Shown here: positions 44,202 to 54,245 of the stretch, in pieces | Layout: every line of letters begins with the position of its first letter | Position numbering within the stretch: position 1 is the stretch's first letter | Sequence record: AB897757.1 | From: Klebsiella phage K64-1 | Direction: 5' to 3' (one strand) | DNA: 64,000 nt | Position numbers and translations under genes: made by a program | The notes under the pieces: generated by a model | Seen by the model: the letters and a program-made list of their open reading frames with translations, nothing else | Databases searched by the model: none | Told to the model about the DNA's origin: nothing

Positions 44202-45350
44202 ATGGCTAAAAAAAGAACTCAAGAAGAAGCAAATAAATTAGTTTTTGATGCCTGTGAACGCAAAAACTACACATTTAAATCTTTTGTATATAATAACAGA
44301 AATACTAGAATTGATGTACATTGTAATGTATGTGGGTATGAATGGGATATATTGTTTGAAAATTTAACAAGAAATCCTTGTGGTTGTCCAGATTGTGCTG
44401 GATTGGTTAAACGAACACAAGAACAAGCAGAAAATGAAGTACGTCAAAAATGTAATGAAAGAAATTATAAATTTGGAAAGTTTGTTTATGTAAATAATCA
44501 AACAAAAATACCGTTAATTTGCCATTGTGGATACGAATGGGTTTCATGTTCTTTTTCTAAATTTGTACATGGTAACAGGGGTTGTCCACGTTGCTCTAAA
44601 AAAATACAATTAACTCAAGAAGAAGCAACCAAAAAAGTGGATGCAAAATGTAAAGAGAATAATTACTTATATAAGGAATTCTCGTATATTGGAGTTGATG
44701 ATACGAGACTTTTTCTTATTTGTCATTGTGGATATGATTGGAATTGTTCATTTGATAAATTTGTTAATTCAGGAACAGGCTGTCCTAAATGTGGTGGTAG
44801 ATTGCAATTAACTCAAGAAGAAGCCGAAGAACGAGTATTATCTAAATGCAAAGAGCATAATTATACATATAAACCATTTTGTTATCTAACCAATGAAACA
44901 AAAATATCTTTGATTTGTCATTGTGGATATGAATGGGATTGTAGGTATTCATTGTTTGTAATGCCAAACGGAACTGGTTGTCCAAAATGTTCTCATAATG
45001 ATGGACAGTTATATTCATATATACATTCAATAACAGATGATGACGGTAATTTAATTTCTGTAAAATATGGGATAGAAACCACAATCAATAGTAGGAATAA
45101 AAGTCAAAATAAATTATCTAACTATAATATTTCAGTACTTAATACTTACAAATATATTACTGTTGAACAGTGTAAAAATGCAGAAAAAGAATGTATTAAA
45201 TTATTCCAAAAAGAAAACAAAGAACTTTTTGGAAGAAAGGGTTATATAACTAAAGAAGAAATGAGGGATGGTTGGACGGAAACCACATCTGTTTCTAATA
45301 TTGAAAAAATCATTTCTATCTATGAAAAATGGGGTGGAATTAAACAATAA
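44202..45350 (+). CDS. putative homing-type endonuclease: four Cys-rich repeats plus C-terminal GIY-YIG/T5orf172-like domain
   Basis: Track ORF is 44160..45350. The start MAKKRT at 44202 avoids overlap with the upstream hairpin. Four LTQEEA...KC.E.NY.YK.F.Y...CHCGYEW.C.F..FV...GCP.C modules. C-terminus GQLYSYIH...VKYGIE...DGWTET. Confidence 0.6.
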   Translation: MAKKRTQEEANKLVFDACERKNYTFKSFVYNNRNTRIDVHCNVCGYEWDILFENLTRNPCGCPDCAGLVKRTQEQAENEVRQKCNERNYKFGKFVYVNNQTKIPLICHCGYEWVSCSFSKFVHGNRGCPRCSKKIQLTQEEATKKVDAKCKENNYLYKEFSYIGVDDTRLFLICHCGYDWNCSFDKFVNSGTGCPKCGGRLQLTQEEAEERVLSKCKEHNYTYKPFCYLTNETKISLICHCGYEWDCRYSLFVMPNGTGCPKCSHNDGQLYSYIHSITDDDGNLISVKYGIETTINSRNKSQNKLSNYNISVLNTYKYITVEQCKNAEKECIKLFQKENKELFGRKGYITKEEMRDGWTETTSVSNIEKIISIYEKWGGIKQ

Positions 45351-45814
45351 TGGCAAAACCTTGGCATTGGATAATTAAGGACGATAAGAGTAAACTTCTT
45401 GATTTGATTACATATTTCAGTACTGAAATTGATGAAGCAAAGAAAGAAGTTAAAAAGGTTGGTTCTGTTGAGAAATTAGCACAAGACTTACCTGGCTGGC
45501 ATGAAACACGTTTGTCCCAATTACAAGAACTTGAAGCAGTACTGGAAACACTTGAAATAGAAATGAAACAAATACAGGCAGAAAAATTTAAATACTATCT
45601 GGAATCATATCGACGTCAGCTATCCAGTTCAGACTGTAAGAAGTATGTTGATGGTGATAAAGATGTGTGTGATTTGGCTGAAGTTATTAACGAAGTTGCT
45701 TTTCTACGAAATAAATACACCAGTATTATTAAATCATTAGAAATGAAAGCATTCCAATTAAACAATATTGTTAAATTGCGATGTGCTGGCTTGGAAGACA
45801 TTAGACTAGATTAG
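45350..45814 (+). CDS. hypothetical protein
   Basis: 154-aa ORF. Start overlaps the upstream stop. Confidence 0.5.
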   Translation: MAKPWHWIIKDDKSKLLDLITYFSTEIDEAKKEVKKVGSVEKLAQDLPGWHETRLSQLQELEAVLETLEIEMKQIQAEKFKYYLESYRRQLSSSDCKKYVDGDKDVCDLAEVINEVAFLRNKYTSIIKSLEMKAFQLNNIVKLRCAGLEDIRLD

Positions 45815-45818
45815 AAAA

Positions 45819-45841
45819 AAGGACGCTTATGCGTCCTTTTA
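45819..45841 (+). terminator. rho-independent terminator
   Basis: aaggacgc-ttat-gcgtcctt followed by tt. Confidence 0.7.
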
Positions 45842-45859
45842 TACGTTATAGGGAAATAT

Positions 45860-46681
45860 ATGACAAATAAACTTGAAGAATTTGTGAATTCTATTGCAGT
45901 ACTGGATACTGAAACCAATGGTATTCTTGAAACCGATGAAATTATAGAATTTAGTATTTCATTTCCAGAATCATTGAATGATTCTATTGATAATATTATG
46001 AATTACACCAATCGTTATAAACCACAAAAAGAAGTGCCAGCTATAGCAAGTTCAGTTCATTTTATTACAAATGAAGATTTGGAAAGTTGTGGAACTTATG
46101 ATTCTGAATTACCAACAATTGATGCATTAATGGGAAGTCGTCAATATTATGTTGGTCACAATGTACAGTTTGATCGTAGAATGATGCGTCAATGTGAAGA
46201 TAAATATCGCAGTGAACCTTCTCAATATCTATATAAAGATAATTGGATTTGCACTTTACGATTAGCCAAAAAACTTCATGCAGAAGATTCTGATTACGAT
46301 AATATGACTCTAAGTTACTTATGGTTTAAACTTGGGTGTTATAAGGGGCATCGTAAAGTAGAAGCACATAGTGCACGTGATGATGTTTTTATGTGTTACT
46401 CGGTGCTAATTAAATTAGTTGAAGAATGCATTTCACTTGGAATCATTGATCCAAATAATGACATTGGATCTCAAATTATTCAGTACTGTAATACTCCTAT
46501 TATCTATGAAAAAGTAACATTTGGTAAACACAAAGGAATGGATTTTTCTGAATTACCAATGGACTACCTTATGTGGATGATTACAAATAGTGACATTTTA
46601 AATACTGACAAAGAAGATTGTGATATGGATTTGGTGGCAACTTTTGAGTACGAATATAACAGAAGGACAAACGCCAATTAA
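45860..46681 (+). CDS. DEDDh 3'-5' exonuclease (DnaQ/DexA-like)
   Basis: Exo I VLDTETNG. Exo II VGHNVQFD. Exo III HSARDD. Confidence 0.7.
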   Translation: MTNKLEEFVNSIAVLDTETNGILETDEIIEFSISFPESLNDSIDNIMNYTNRYKPQKEVPAIASSVHFITNEDLESCGTYDSELPTIDALMGSRQYYVGHNVQFDRRMMRQCEDKYRSEPSQYLYKDNWICTLRLAKKLHAEDSDYDNMTLSYLWFKLGCYKGHRKVEAHSARDDVFMCYSVLIKLVEECISLGIIDPNNDIGSQIIQYCNTPIIYEKVTFGKHKGMDFSELPMDYLMWMITNSDILNTDKEDCDMDLVATFEYEYNRRTNAN

Positions 46682-46698
46682 TAACAAGGAAGATATAA

Positions 46699-48234
46699 AT
46701 GGAAATACCAAAAGTAGGAACAGGAACGTTCAGACCAAAGGCCAAAAAAGGTACTTCGTGCAAATTGATTATTCAAGATGAGGTTAATTGTAAGTTCGAA
46801 GGGTTAGATCCTTCCTTGCGTTCATTATTGATAAAAGAAGTATCATATATTTTACCATATGCGAAATTCACTCCAGCAGGTAGACTTGGCCGCTGGAATG
46901 GTGAAGTGAATTTTATGAATATGGGTGGTGGTACATATTTACATATGCTTGATAAACTTCTTCCAATATTAGATGAGTACGAAGTACAAATTGAATTAGA
47001 AGATCATAGGATTGATTATGGTTTTCAATTCGATCCGATTGATGAGAATATTTTCAGTGATGTAGTATTTCCAATTGGGCATCACATGGAAGGTAAAAGT
47101 ATTATTCTTCGTGAACATCAAGTAAACTCAGTAAATGCATGTTTAGCAAATCCACATGGATTATTATTAGCAGCAACTGGAGCCGGAAAGACAATTATCT
47201 GTGCAGCGTTAGCTCGTTCAGTACAGAAATACGGTCGTTCAGTAATTGTTGTCCCTAGTACTGATTTAGTTCAACAGACATATAATGATTATGTTATGAT
47301 GGGACTTGATACTGGGATGTTTTGTGGTGCTCAAAAGGATTTCGGTCATCAACATACTATTACTACATGGCAATCATTTAACTCCTTGTGGAAAAAAACC
47401 AAGAAGGGTGAAATAGAATTAACAGAGCAAGATGTTCATGATTTTATTGATGGTGTTGTTTGTGTTATTGTTGATGAAGTACAAACAGCCAGAGGTGATG
47501 CATTATCTAATCTATTATCAAAAGTAATGCAGAATGTTCCTTTGCGTTGGGGTTTAACTGGAACAATTCCAAAAGATCAAATTGAAGCAGCCAGAATTAA
47601 ATGCAATCTTGGCAATGTGATTTATACTGTTACATCAAAAGAATTACAAGATAAAAAGATACTAAGCACGTGTAACATTAGTTGTATAAAATTAAAAAGT
47701 TCAATGAAGTTTGAGAATTATGCCGAAGAATTAAAATTTCTAACAACTGATAGAGAAAGAATGTCATATGTTGCTAAGCTTATTCAAGCATTATCTGAAT
47801 CAGGTAATACATTAGTATTGGTTGATAGAATTGAATGTGGTAATCTTTTATGTGAATTTTTAGGTTTACCAAAATCAGAATTTGTTAAAGGTGACACAAA
47901 GAAAAAAGATCGTGAATCTTCTTATGGTGAAATTCGCTGGGCTGATAATAAAATTTTAATTGCTACATATGGGGTTGCTAGTACAGGCATAAGTATTTCA
48001 CGACTCTATAACGTAGTTCTTATAGAACCTGGAAAAAGTTTCATTAAGACAATTCAAAGTATAGGACGTGGATTACGCGTTGCCGAAGACAAAGACCATG
48101 TTGAAATCATTGATATCAGTAGTTCAACAAAATACAGTGCAAAACATCTCAGAGAGCGTTTGGTTTATTACAAGGAAGCAAAATATCCACATAATGTCAT
48201 AGAAGTAAAAGACTGGCAAAATCTCTCAGACTAA
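46699..48234 (+). CDS. uvsW: SF2 helicase UvsW-like
   Basis: Walker A LAATGAGKT. DExx box VIVDEVQ. 511 aa. Confidence 0.7.
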   Translation: MEIPKVGTGTFRPKAKKGTSCKLIIQDEVNCKFEGLDPSLRSLLIKEVSYILPYAKFTPAGRLGRWNGEVNFMNMGGGTYLHMLDKLLPILDEYEVQIELEDHRIDYGFQFDPIDENIFSDVVFPIGHHMEGKSIILREHQVNSVNACLANPHGLLLAATGAGKTIICAALARSVQKYGRSVIVVPSTDLVQQTYNDYVMMGLDTGMFCGAQKDFGHQHTITTWQSFNSLWKKTKKGEIELTEQDVHDFIDGVVCVIVDEVQTARGDALSNLLSKVMQNVPLRWGLTGTIPKDQIEAARIKCNLGNVIYTVTSKELQDKKILSTCNISCIKLKSSMKFENYAEELKFLTTDRERMSYVAKLIQALSESGNTLVLVDRIECGNLLCEFLGLPKSEFVKGDTKKKDRESSYGEIRWADNKILIATYGVASTGISISRLYNVVLIEPGKSFIKTIQSIGRGLRVAEDKDHVEIIDISSSTKYSAKHLRERLVYYKEAKYPHNVIEVKDWQNLSD

Positions 48235-48280
48235 AAAAACGGATTGAAGCTGAATGAAATCTAAAAAAATGATATAATTA

Positions 48281-48733
48281 TTGTGTAAAATCAACAAGGA
48301 AGTAGAAATTATGGAATTAAGAACTAGCATTTCTTTTATTGGTACTGAAGATGTACTATCTAAAATCGATTATCTAATCAATGAAGAATCTCTTATCGAT
48401 GATATGGTTTATTCGCTGGATTTTATCTCTGAACTGGAAACAGAAGATACTTATGTTTATCGTTGTTACAGTACTGGTGATTCGTGGGTAAACATCTATG
48501 ATATTCATTCACGATTTTCTACAAATGGAATTGATAAATGTGATATCATTTACACCAGTACTGATTCAGAGACTTATGTTGATGTGATCAGTTTGAGTGG
48601 AAATTTTGATGCTTATGTTGATTGTGATCCTGAAAAAATTCAGGAAATTTGTGAAACATATGGGCTTGAATTTTTTGGTTCAGATGAACCAGAAGAAGAA
48701 TACGACGACGACGAAGAAGAGGGATATTATTGA
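48281..48733 (+). CDS. small highly acidic protein
   Basis: 150 aa ending EEEYDDDEEEGYY. Confidence 0.5.
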   Translation: MCKINKEVEIMELRTSISFIGTEDVLSKIDYLINEESLIDDMVYSLDFISELETEDTYVYRCYSTGDSWVNIYDIHSRFSTNGIDKCDIIYTSTDSETYVDVISLSGNFDAYVDCDPEKIQEICETYGLEFFGSDEPEEEYDDDEEEGYY

Positions 48734-49230
48734 TGAATATTTTAACACCAGAAAATAACGCATTTGATATGGATTTGGTATCAGATTTAATTCCCGAAGA
48801 AATGTATTGCGTACTGGATTTAAGTCCAGGTGGAGATAGTGATTTTTATTTTCGTCATATCCTCAATACTATTACATTCAACAGCAACAGTGCTGATATT
48901 CAAATTGGTAATAAAGTACTACAAGTGCCTCTCAACTGGCAAATTATGTTAGGTGACGAAGACACTGGAATGGTAGAAATGTGTACTATTGAAAACATTC
49001 TTAATATGAAAGAACCAAAAGCATATGTTTTCAATCCAATTCGTTCTATGTATCCACGTTTTGAACCAGTTAAAGTACTAAGAGCATTTACTCTACCTAC
49101 TAAATGGCAAATTCCAATTGTACCAAAAAAGAATTTGCTATGTGTTCCATTACAACACGGTTCTAATCCACCTTGCGTATATTTCGCAGATGAAAATGAG
49201 AAAATTCAGGATTTACATTTGGGGCTATAA
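48730..49230 (+). CDS. hypothetical protein
   Basis: 166-aa ORF, start overlapping upstream stop. Confidence 0.5.
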   Translation: MMNILTPENNAFDMDLVSDLIPEEMYCVLDLSPGGDSDFYFRHILNTITFNSNSADIQIGNKVLQVPLNWQIMLGDEDTGMVEMCTIENILNMKEPKAYVFNPIRSMYPRFEPVKVLRAFTLPTKWQIPIVPKKNLLCVPLQHGSNPPCVYFADENEKIQDLHLGL

Positions 49231-50027
49231 TGTCTGATAAAAAAGAATTACAAATTCAGGATGTATTACATCATATTGATATTGCAGATTATAAGTACTA
49301 TGATACACTTAGTGACGAAGAAAAGAAAAGTTTCACGCCATATACTGTTTTGAGATGGGTAAGTGCGTTGGACGATTCGTTATTGGTTACTTACAATGCA
49401 AAAGAGATTGAAAATGTATTCGGTAAATGGAAGAATGGTGGCAAAGAAGCATTGAACGAGCTTGTATTGGAACTCCAGAAAGATGGAGTTGGTGTTTTGA
49501 ATGTATCAAAATATTGCCACACTGAACCTTATGACTGGAGAATCAAATTTTCAGTTAAAGATAAAAAATCGAGTGAAAAATTGATTTCAACACTTAAAGA
49601 TTTTAGAATTAACTCATCTGAGATTCTTCAACTGGAAAATAGTGATGTACTAAAATATCAATTAATCTTTTTAAATGATATGGTTAATGATGGATTTTGG
49701 GAAATGAAAGACCACCCTGATTTGGTGTATCAATTGATGTGTTCAGTTCAGGATATGGTTGGTGCTGAACCTAAAGTACATAACTGGATCCCGTTTACTA
49801 AAGGTTTGAAGAATGTTAGTACTGAATTATTCAATATCATTAAACAAACCCAACCCGAATTAACACGAGAAAATATAAACGAGCTTGAATATAAAATTCT
49901 CCTTTTATCTTACTCTAAAGAATCTTTTAAAGAACTACTTGATGATTTTGGATATCAGGAGAGTGAAGTTAAAAAATTGTTAAAAACATTTAAAGAAGAA
50001 TGTTCGAAATATGGCAAAGAGATCTAG
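49230..50027 (+). CDS. hypothetical protein
   Basis: 265-aa ORF. Confidence 0.5.
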   Translation: MSDKKELQIQDVLHHIDIADYKYYDTLSDEEKKSFTPYTVLRWVSALDDSLLVTYNAKEIENVFGKWKNGGKEALNELVLELQKDGVGVLNVSKYCHTEPYDWRIKFSVKDKKSSEKLISTLKDFRINSSEILQLENSDVLKYQLIFLNDMVNDGFWEMKDHPDLVYQLMCSVQDMVGAEPKVHNWIPFTKGLKNVSTELFNIIKQTQPELTRENINELEYKILLLSYSKESFKELLDDFGYQESEVKKLLKTFKEECSKYGKEI

Positions 50028-50757
50028 TACAGGGGTAAGAAAAACCCCTATAAAGAAAATTAAAAAAGAAGAATATGTATGTTATTTCTGTGATAAAAAA
50101 TTTAAAAGAGAAAATACTATACTAACGCATAAATGTATTAAACGTGACCGATATAATGATCGAGAAAGTCGTTTAATGAGAGAAGCATTAAGAATATATC
50201 TTTTGTTTATGAAAATAAATCATTTACCACTAAAGAAAGATGTTGAACCACTAATGTATTTTATCAAATCTTTGTATTTTAATGACTTCTATGATTTCGC
50301 TAATTACATTCTAAATAATGATATACTTGAAAAAGAAAGATTTTTGAATCACATTATGACTAGTGGTATGTCAGTGCAGAAATGGACTACCCATGCAGTA
50401 CTTGAAGAGTGGGTTCTTCATGTATTAAAATACGAACATCCAGAACGTGGTGTAGAACGTTCTATTATGGCAATAGTCGAATGGTCTGAATTGACGTCAA
50501 ACGAATGGACTACCTTTTTTGATAATGTTTCTCCTGCTCGTTTTATTGCATGGGTAGAAAGTGGTAAAATATCTCCATGGTTATTATGGACTGTTCCACC
50601 GGAAGTGCTTAGAAAAATAACAGACCGACTTAGTGATTCTGAGCTTGAATATATAGTCAAATATATTGATCCTACTTATTATCAAATAAAAAGTATAAAT
50701 CCTTATCAAGTATCAGTGCAAAAATTAAAAACTATATTACAAGATTCGGGATTTTAA
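50011..50757 (+). CDS. C2H2-type zinc-finger protein
   Basis: YVCYFCDKKFKRENTILTHKC matches the C2H2 pattern Y-x-C-x2-C-x3-F-x5-L-x2-H-x3-(H/C). Confidence 0.5.
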   Translation: MAKRSSTGVRKTPIKKIKKEEYVCYFCDKKFKRENTILTHKCIKRDRYNDRESRLMREALRIYLLFMKINHLPLKKDVEPLMYFIKSLYFNDFYDFANYILNNDILEKERFLNHIMTSGMSVQKWTTHAVLEEWVLHVLKYEHPERGVERSIMAIVEWSELTSNEWTTFFDNVSPARFIAWVESGKISPWLLWTVPPEVLRKITDRLSDSELEYIVKYIDPTYYQIKSINPYQVSVQKLKTILQDSGF

Positions 50758-50760
50758 AAT

Positions 50761-51126
50761 ATGAGTATATATAAACAAACGATCAATGAAGGTAAAATTG
50801 ATAATCTCTATCACAGAAATGTAACTAAACCAGAAGTACAGAGTATTAAAAAATCATCTGAACTTAAATTGCTCAGAAGTGGAAGTGTAACTGAAATAAC
50901 ACTGGATGATAAAACATTTCAGGTTTATGATGCACATAAGATTCATAATATTATTACGTTCGTTGAACGACATGAAGATAGTATATTCAATTTAAGACAA
51001 GATAATAATAATCTTAAAAAACAAATACAAATACTATCAAAGAATATTCAAACATTACAAAGTACTGTTACAAAATTACAGGAACAATTAAAAAATGCAG
51101 GATTCAGTTCAAACAACTACTTATAA
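50761..51126 (+). CDS. hypothetical coiled-coil protein
   Basis: 121-aa ORF. Confidence 0.45.
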   Translation: MSIYKQTINEGKIDNLYHRNVTKPEVQSIKKSSELKLLRSGSVTEITLDDKTFQVYDAHKIHNIITFVERHEDSIFNLRQDNNNLKKQIQILSKNIQTLQSTVTKLQEQLKNAGFSSNNYL

Positions 51127-51736
51127 AAAAGCAAGAACCGACATTGACATTGATGTAAAAGATGCAAAAGAAGTAATAAGTATTCTTCCTTGTACAAGGA
51201 GTACTGAAAAAATTAATGAAAGTGGGTTAATCGTTCATAATAGTGGAGTTCATTTTGATAATATTCCTGTTGATCCTGTTACTGGGTATAGTAGTATTGA
51301 ATATAAAAAAGCCGAACAATTAGGGTATCAAAAAGTTGATATCCTTTCTAATTCGGCTTATAAGTACGTGAGAGACCGAGAACATTTAATTGAACTCGTT
51401 AATAAAGAACCACAATGGGATTTATTGCTGATACCAGAAATAGTAGAAGAATTGTCACATATTAAAAAACACATTTCACTTCTTAATGTATGGAAACCAC
51501 AAAGCATAGATGAACTGGCAATGTTTATTGCCATGATTCGTCCGGGGAAATACAAATGCCAAAGTATGAATTCATGGGATGAAGTACGTAAAGAAATATG
51601 GGATTACAGTACAGTACCAGTGCAGGCAGATGGTAAAAAGGTAATGTATTTCAAAAAACCACATGCTTACGCGTATAGTTTTATGATTGTGGTGCAATTG
51701 AACGCATTAGTTGAACACATTATGTCCTCTTCTTGA
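51095..51736 (+). CDS. hypothetical protein
   Basis: 213-aa ORF. Confidence 0.45.
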   Translation: MQDSVQTTTYKKARTDIDIDVKDAKEVISILPCTRSTEKINESGLIVHNSGVHFDNIPVDPVTGYSSIEYKKAEQLGYQKVDILSNSAYKYVRDREHLIELVNKEPQWDLLLIPEIVEELSHIKKHISLLNVWKPQSIDELAMFIAMIRPGKYKCQSMNSWDEVRKEIWDYSTVPVQADGKKVMYFKKPHAYAYSFMIVVQLNALVEHIMSSS

Positions 51737-52076
51737 GGGCAACATTTCTTCGTTTAATTCGTTTTTGCGGTAAATCGCTTAAAGATGTTTGTGGCCCACT
51801 GATGAATTTAATTTGTGGTGTATCGAAACGTTTAGTATAGTTTTCAAATTTTTCCATTTCTTCCTGGAAAAATAAACATACTGGAATAAGTCTATTACTC
51901 TGAAACCACCAGTCCTCTGCTAACTGGAGTATTTCCTCTCTTTCTTTTTTAGACATAAGATCCAAGCAATAGAGTGTTGTGTATTTGGTACTCTTTATTT
52001 TAATTATCCCAATGTAGGTATTTTCGTTGTGGTCGAGTACTGTAATGTATTCGGGAAATGCTTGGTATTGATTCAT
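51720..52076 (-). CDS. hypothetical protein (lone minus-strand gene in this block)
   Basis: 118-aa ORF, convergent with the upstream + strand genes. Confidence 0.4.
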   Translation of the reverse strand: MNQYQAFPEYITVLDHNENTYIGIIKIKSTKYTTLYCLDLMSKKEREEILQLAEDWWFQSNRLIPVCLFFQEEMEKFENYTKRFDTPQIKFISGPQTSLSDLPQKRIKRRNVALKKRT

Positions 52077-52136
52077 ATCACTTCCATAAATATTATATAG
52101 GTTTTAGTATTAAGTATTTATAGAAGGAAAATATTA

Positions 52137-53114
52137 ATGTCTCATAGTGGCGTATATATGTACCCATATAATCAGGAAGTATCATTAGGAAATTTCAATA
52201 TGCCATTTCATAATGAGAAAATTGTTATATACAGAGGTGCGAATAATAATTTATCCTTTACAATCCATAATGCTGATGGAAAATATACAAAAATAAAAGA
52301 CAATGAATATTTGACATTCATGATCTTCGATGCAAGAAATAATAGTATTTTATTTAATACTGTACTTGATAAACAAATTCCATCGTGGTTATCTGAGAGT
52401 GGTCAGGCACGACAATCACTTGGTAATAAAGAAAAAGTTTATTATGGTTGTGTTGTTCCTGCTGGTGTTATTCAGGATACTAGTCCAGGTTTAAAATATC
52501 GATGGAGTATTGTCAAAACTACTATTGATGGTTCTCTTCTTGAACCCACTCAATATTTGTATACTGGACTTGATTATGAAGCATATGGTGAATTACAAAT
52601 TTCAGATAAAGCTGCACCTGTGTTTGTCCCCAGTACTGAAGTTTCAAAGGATAAAAATTCTTCATGGAAGTCTATCAAAGATAGTTACAGAGAAGTTATC
52701 AGTGATTCTATAAAAGGTGAATATGATGTGATGTGTACTTCTCCATTAGCAGCACAAATGCAGTATGGGTTAGTTGATGGATTGAGTACAATTGCACTTT
52801 ATACTGATAATTTTATTGGAAGAATTCAATTACAAGGTTCACTTGAAAATAATGTACCGTCTGATGTAGAGAATTACAAATGGTTTATTATTAAATTAGA
52901 TTCAAGTGAATATATTCAAAATAGTATAGATGAAAATGGATTTATTATTCCTATGAATGGAATACAGACATTTAATTTCAAAGGAAATTATATGTGGTTA
53001 AGAGTTGTGGTATGTATTCCACCAATCGAGTATACTGTTCCTTATGATTATAATACTGTCCGTAAAGAATACGATCCATTAAAAACACTTCCCAAAATAT
53101 TGATTCGTCGATAA
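52137..53114 (+). CDS. hypothetical protein
   Basis: 325-aa ORF. Confidence 0.5.
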   Translation: MSHSGVYMYPYNQEVSLGNFNMPFHNEKIVIYRGANNNLSFTIHNADGKYTKIKDNEYLTFMIFDARNNSILFNTVLDKQIPSWLSESGQARQSLGNKEKVYYGCVVPAGVIQDTSPGLKYRWSIVKTTIDGSLLEPTQYLYTGLDYEAYGELQISDKAAPVFVPSTEVSKDKNSSWKSIKDSYREVISDSIKGEYDVMCTSPLAAQMQYGLVDGLSTIALYTDNFIGRIQLQGSLENNVPSDVENYKWFIIKLDSSEYIQNSIDENGFIIPMNGIQTFNFKGNYMWLRVVVCIPPIEYTVPYDYNTVRKEYDPLKTLPKILIRR

Positions 53115-53172
53115 ATTTGAACAAAAATGCCTTTTGGTGATAGAATGATTTTATCAAAAGAAGGAAAACGAG

Positions 53173-54231
53173 ATGAATCAAGTTCAAAATATAGTATCTC
53201 AAATTTTTAAAGACCCGGTGCCAGCGATAAACCAGTGGAAAAGACATAACTGTCCTGCTTGTGTTTTTCGTGGTCAGGGTCGCCCAGATACAAGAGGACG
53301 TGGAAATCATATGTTCAATGCTGATGGTGGTATTGCATATAACTGCTTTAACTGTCATTTAAAAGTTTCATGGGTTCCTGGTTTATATATGAGCAAAGAT
53401 TTTAAATCTTTGCTTTCTTATTTTGGGGCTGATGAAAAAAGTATTACATATTTAGATCTCTTCGTTAAAGAAATGGTCAATAATGAAGAATATAAAAAAG
53501 AAACACCATCCTCTAAACTATTTCAAAATTTACAAACAAGATCGTTGCCAGAGAATGCAAAAACATTTATAGAATGGGCTAATACTGAACAACCACCAAA
53601 GGAATTCATTTCAGTACTAAATTCCGTAAATTCAAGAAATCCATATATTCTGGATTTGGACTTATACTGGAGTCCATCTAAAGAGCATCAATTATATAAT
53701 CGATTTATTATACCTTATTATATGAATAATAAAATAATTGGTTATACTGCTCGTCATAAAGAACACAATCCCACCAAGTCATTGCGATATATAAACCAAG
53801 TCAGTACTAATATTTTATATAATTATGATTTATTAAATGATAACAGAATTAAAACGATTTTAGTTACCGAAGGACCAATTGATGCCGCATTGATGGGTGG
53901 TGTAAGTGCAAACAACTATTTTTTAACTTCTCCACAGATTGAATTATTAAAAGCAGCACAGGAACGTGGTAAGAAAATAGTCATTGTACCTGACAGGGAT
54001 AAAAATGGATTGGAAGCAGTAAATCAGGCAATTGATAATGGGTTTAGTGTTTCATTACCAAATTTTGGAACTATTAAAGATCCAACCAAATTCGGACACA
54101 GACCAATAAAAGACTTCGATGAAGCATGTGTTATATATGGAAGAATATTTTGTTTACAATTAATACACGATTCAATACTAGATACTGAATTTTCAATCAA
54201 AACAAGAATTGCAAATTCATGGGATATATAA
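53173..54231 (+). CDS. 61: DNA primase gp61 (zinc-ribbon plus TOPRIM)
   Basis: CPACVFRG...CFNCH zinc finger. TOPRIM VTEGPIDA and VPDRDKNG. Confidence 0.8.
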   Translation: MNQVQNIVSQIFKDPVPAINQWKRHNCPACVFRGQGRPDTRGRGNHMFNADGGIAYNCFNCHLKVSWVPGLYMSKDFKSLLSYFGADEKSITYLDLFVKEMVNNEEYKKETPSSKLFQNLQTRSLPENAKTFIEWANTEQPPKEFISVLNSVNSRNPYILDLDLYWSPSKEHQLYNRFIIPYYMNNKIIGYTARHKEHNPTKSLRYINQVSTNILYNYDLLNDNRIKTILVTEGPIDAALMGGVSANNYFLTSPQIELLKAAQERGKKIVIVPDRDKNGLEAVNQAIDNGFSVSLPNFGTIKDPTKFGHRPIKDFDEACVIYGRIFCLQLIHDSILDTEFSIKTRIANSWDI

Positions 54232-54245
54232 AATAAAGGAATATA

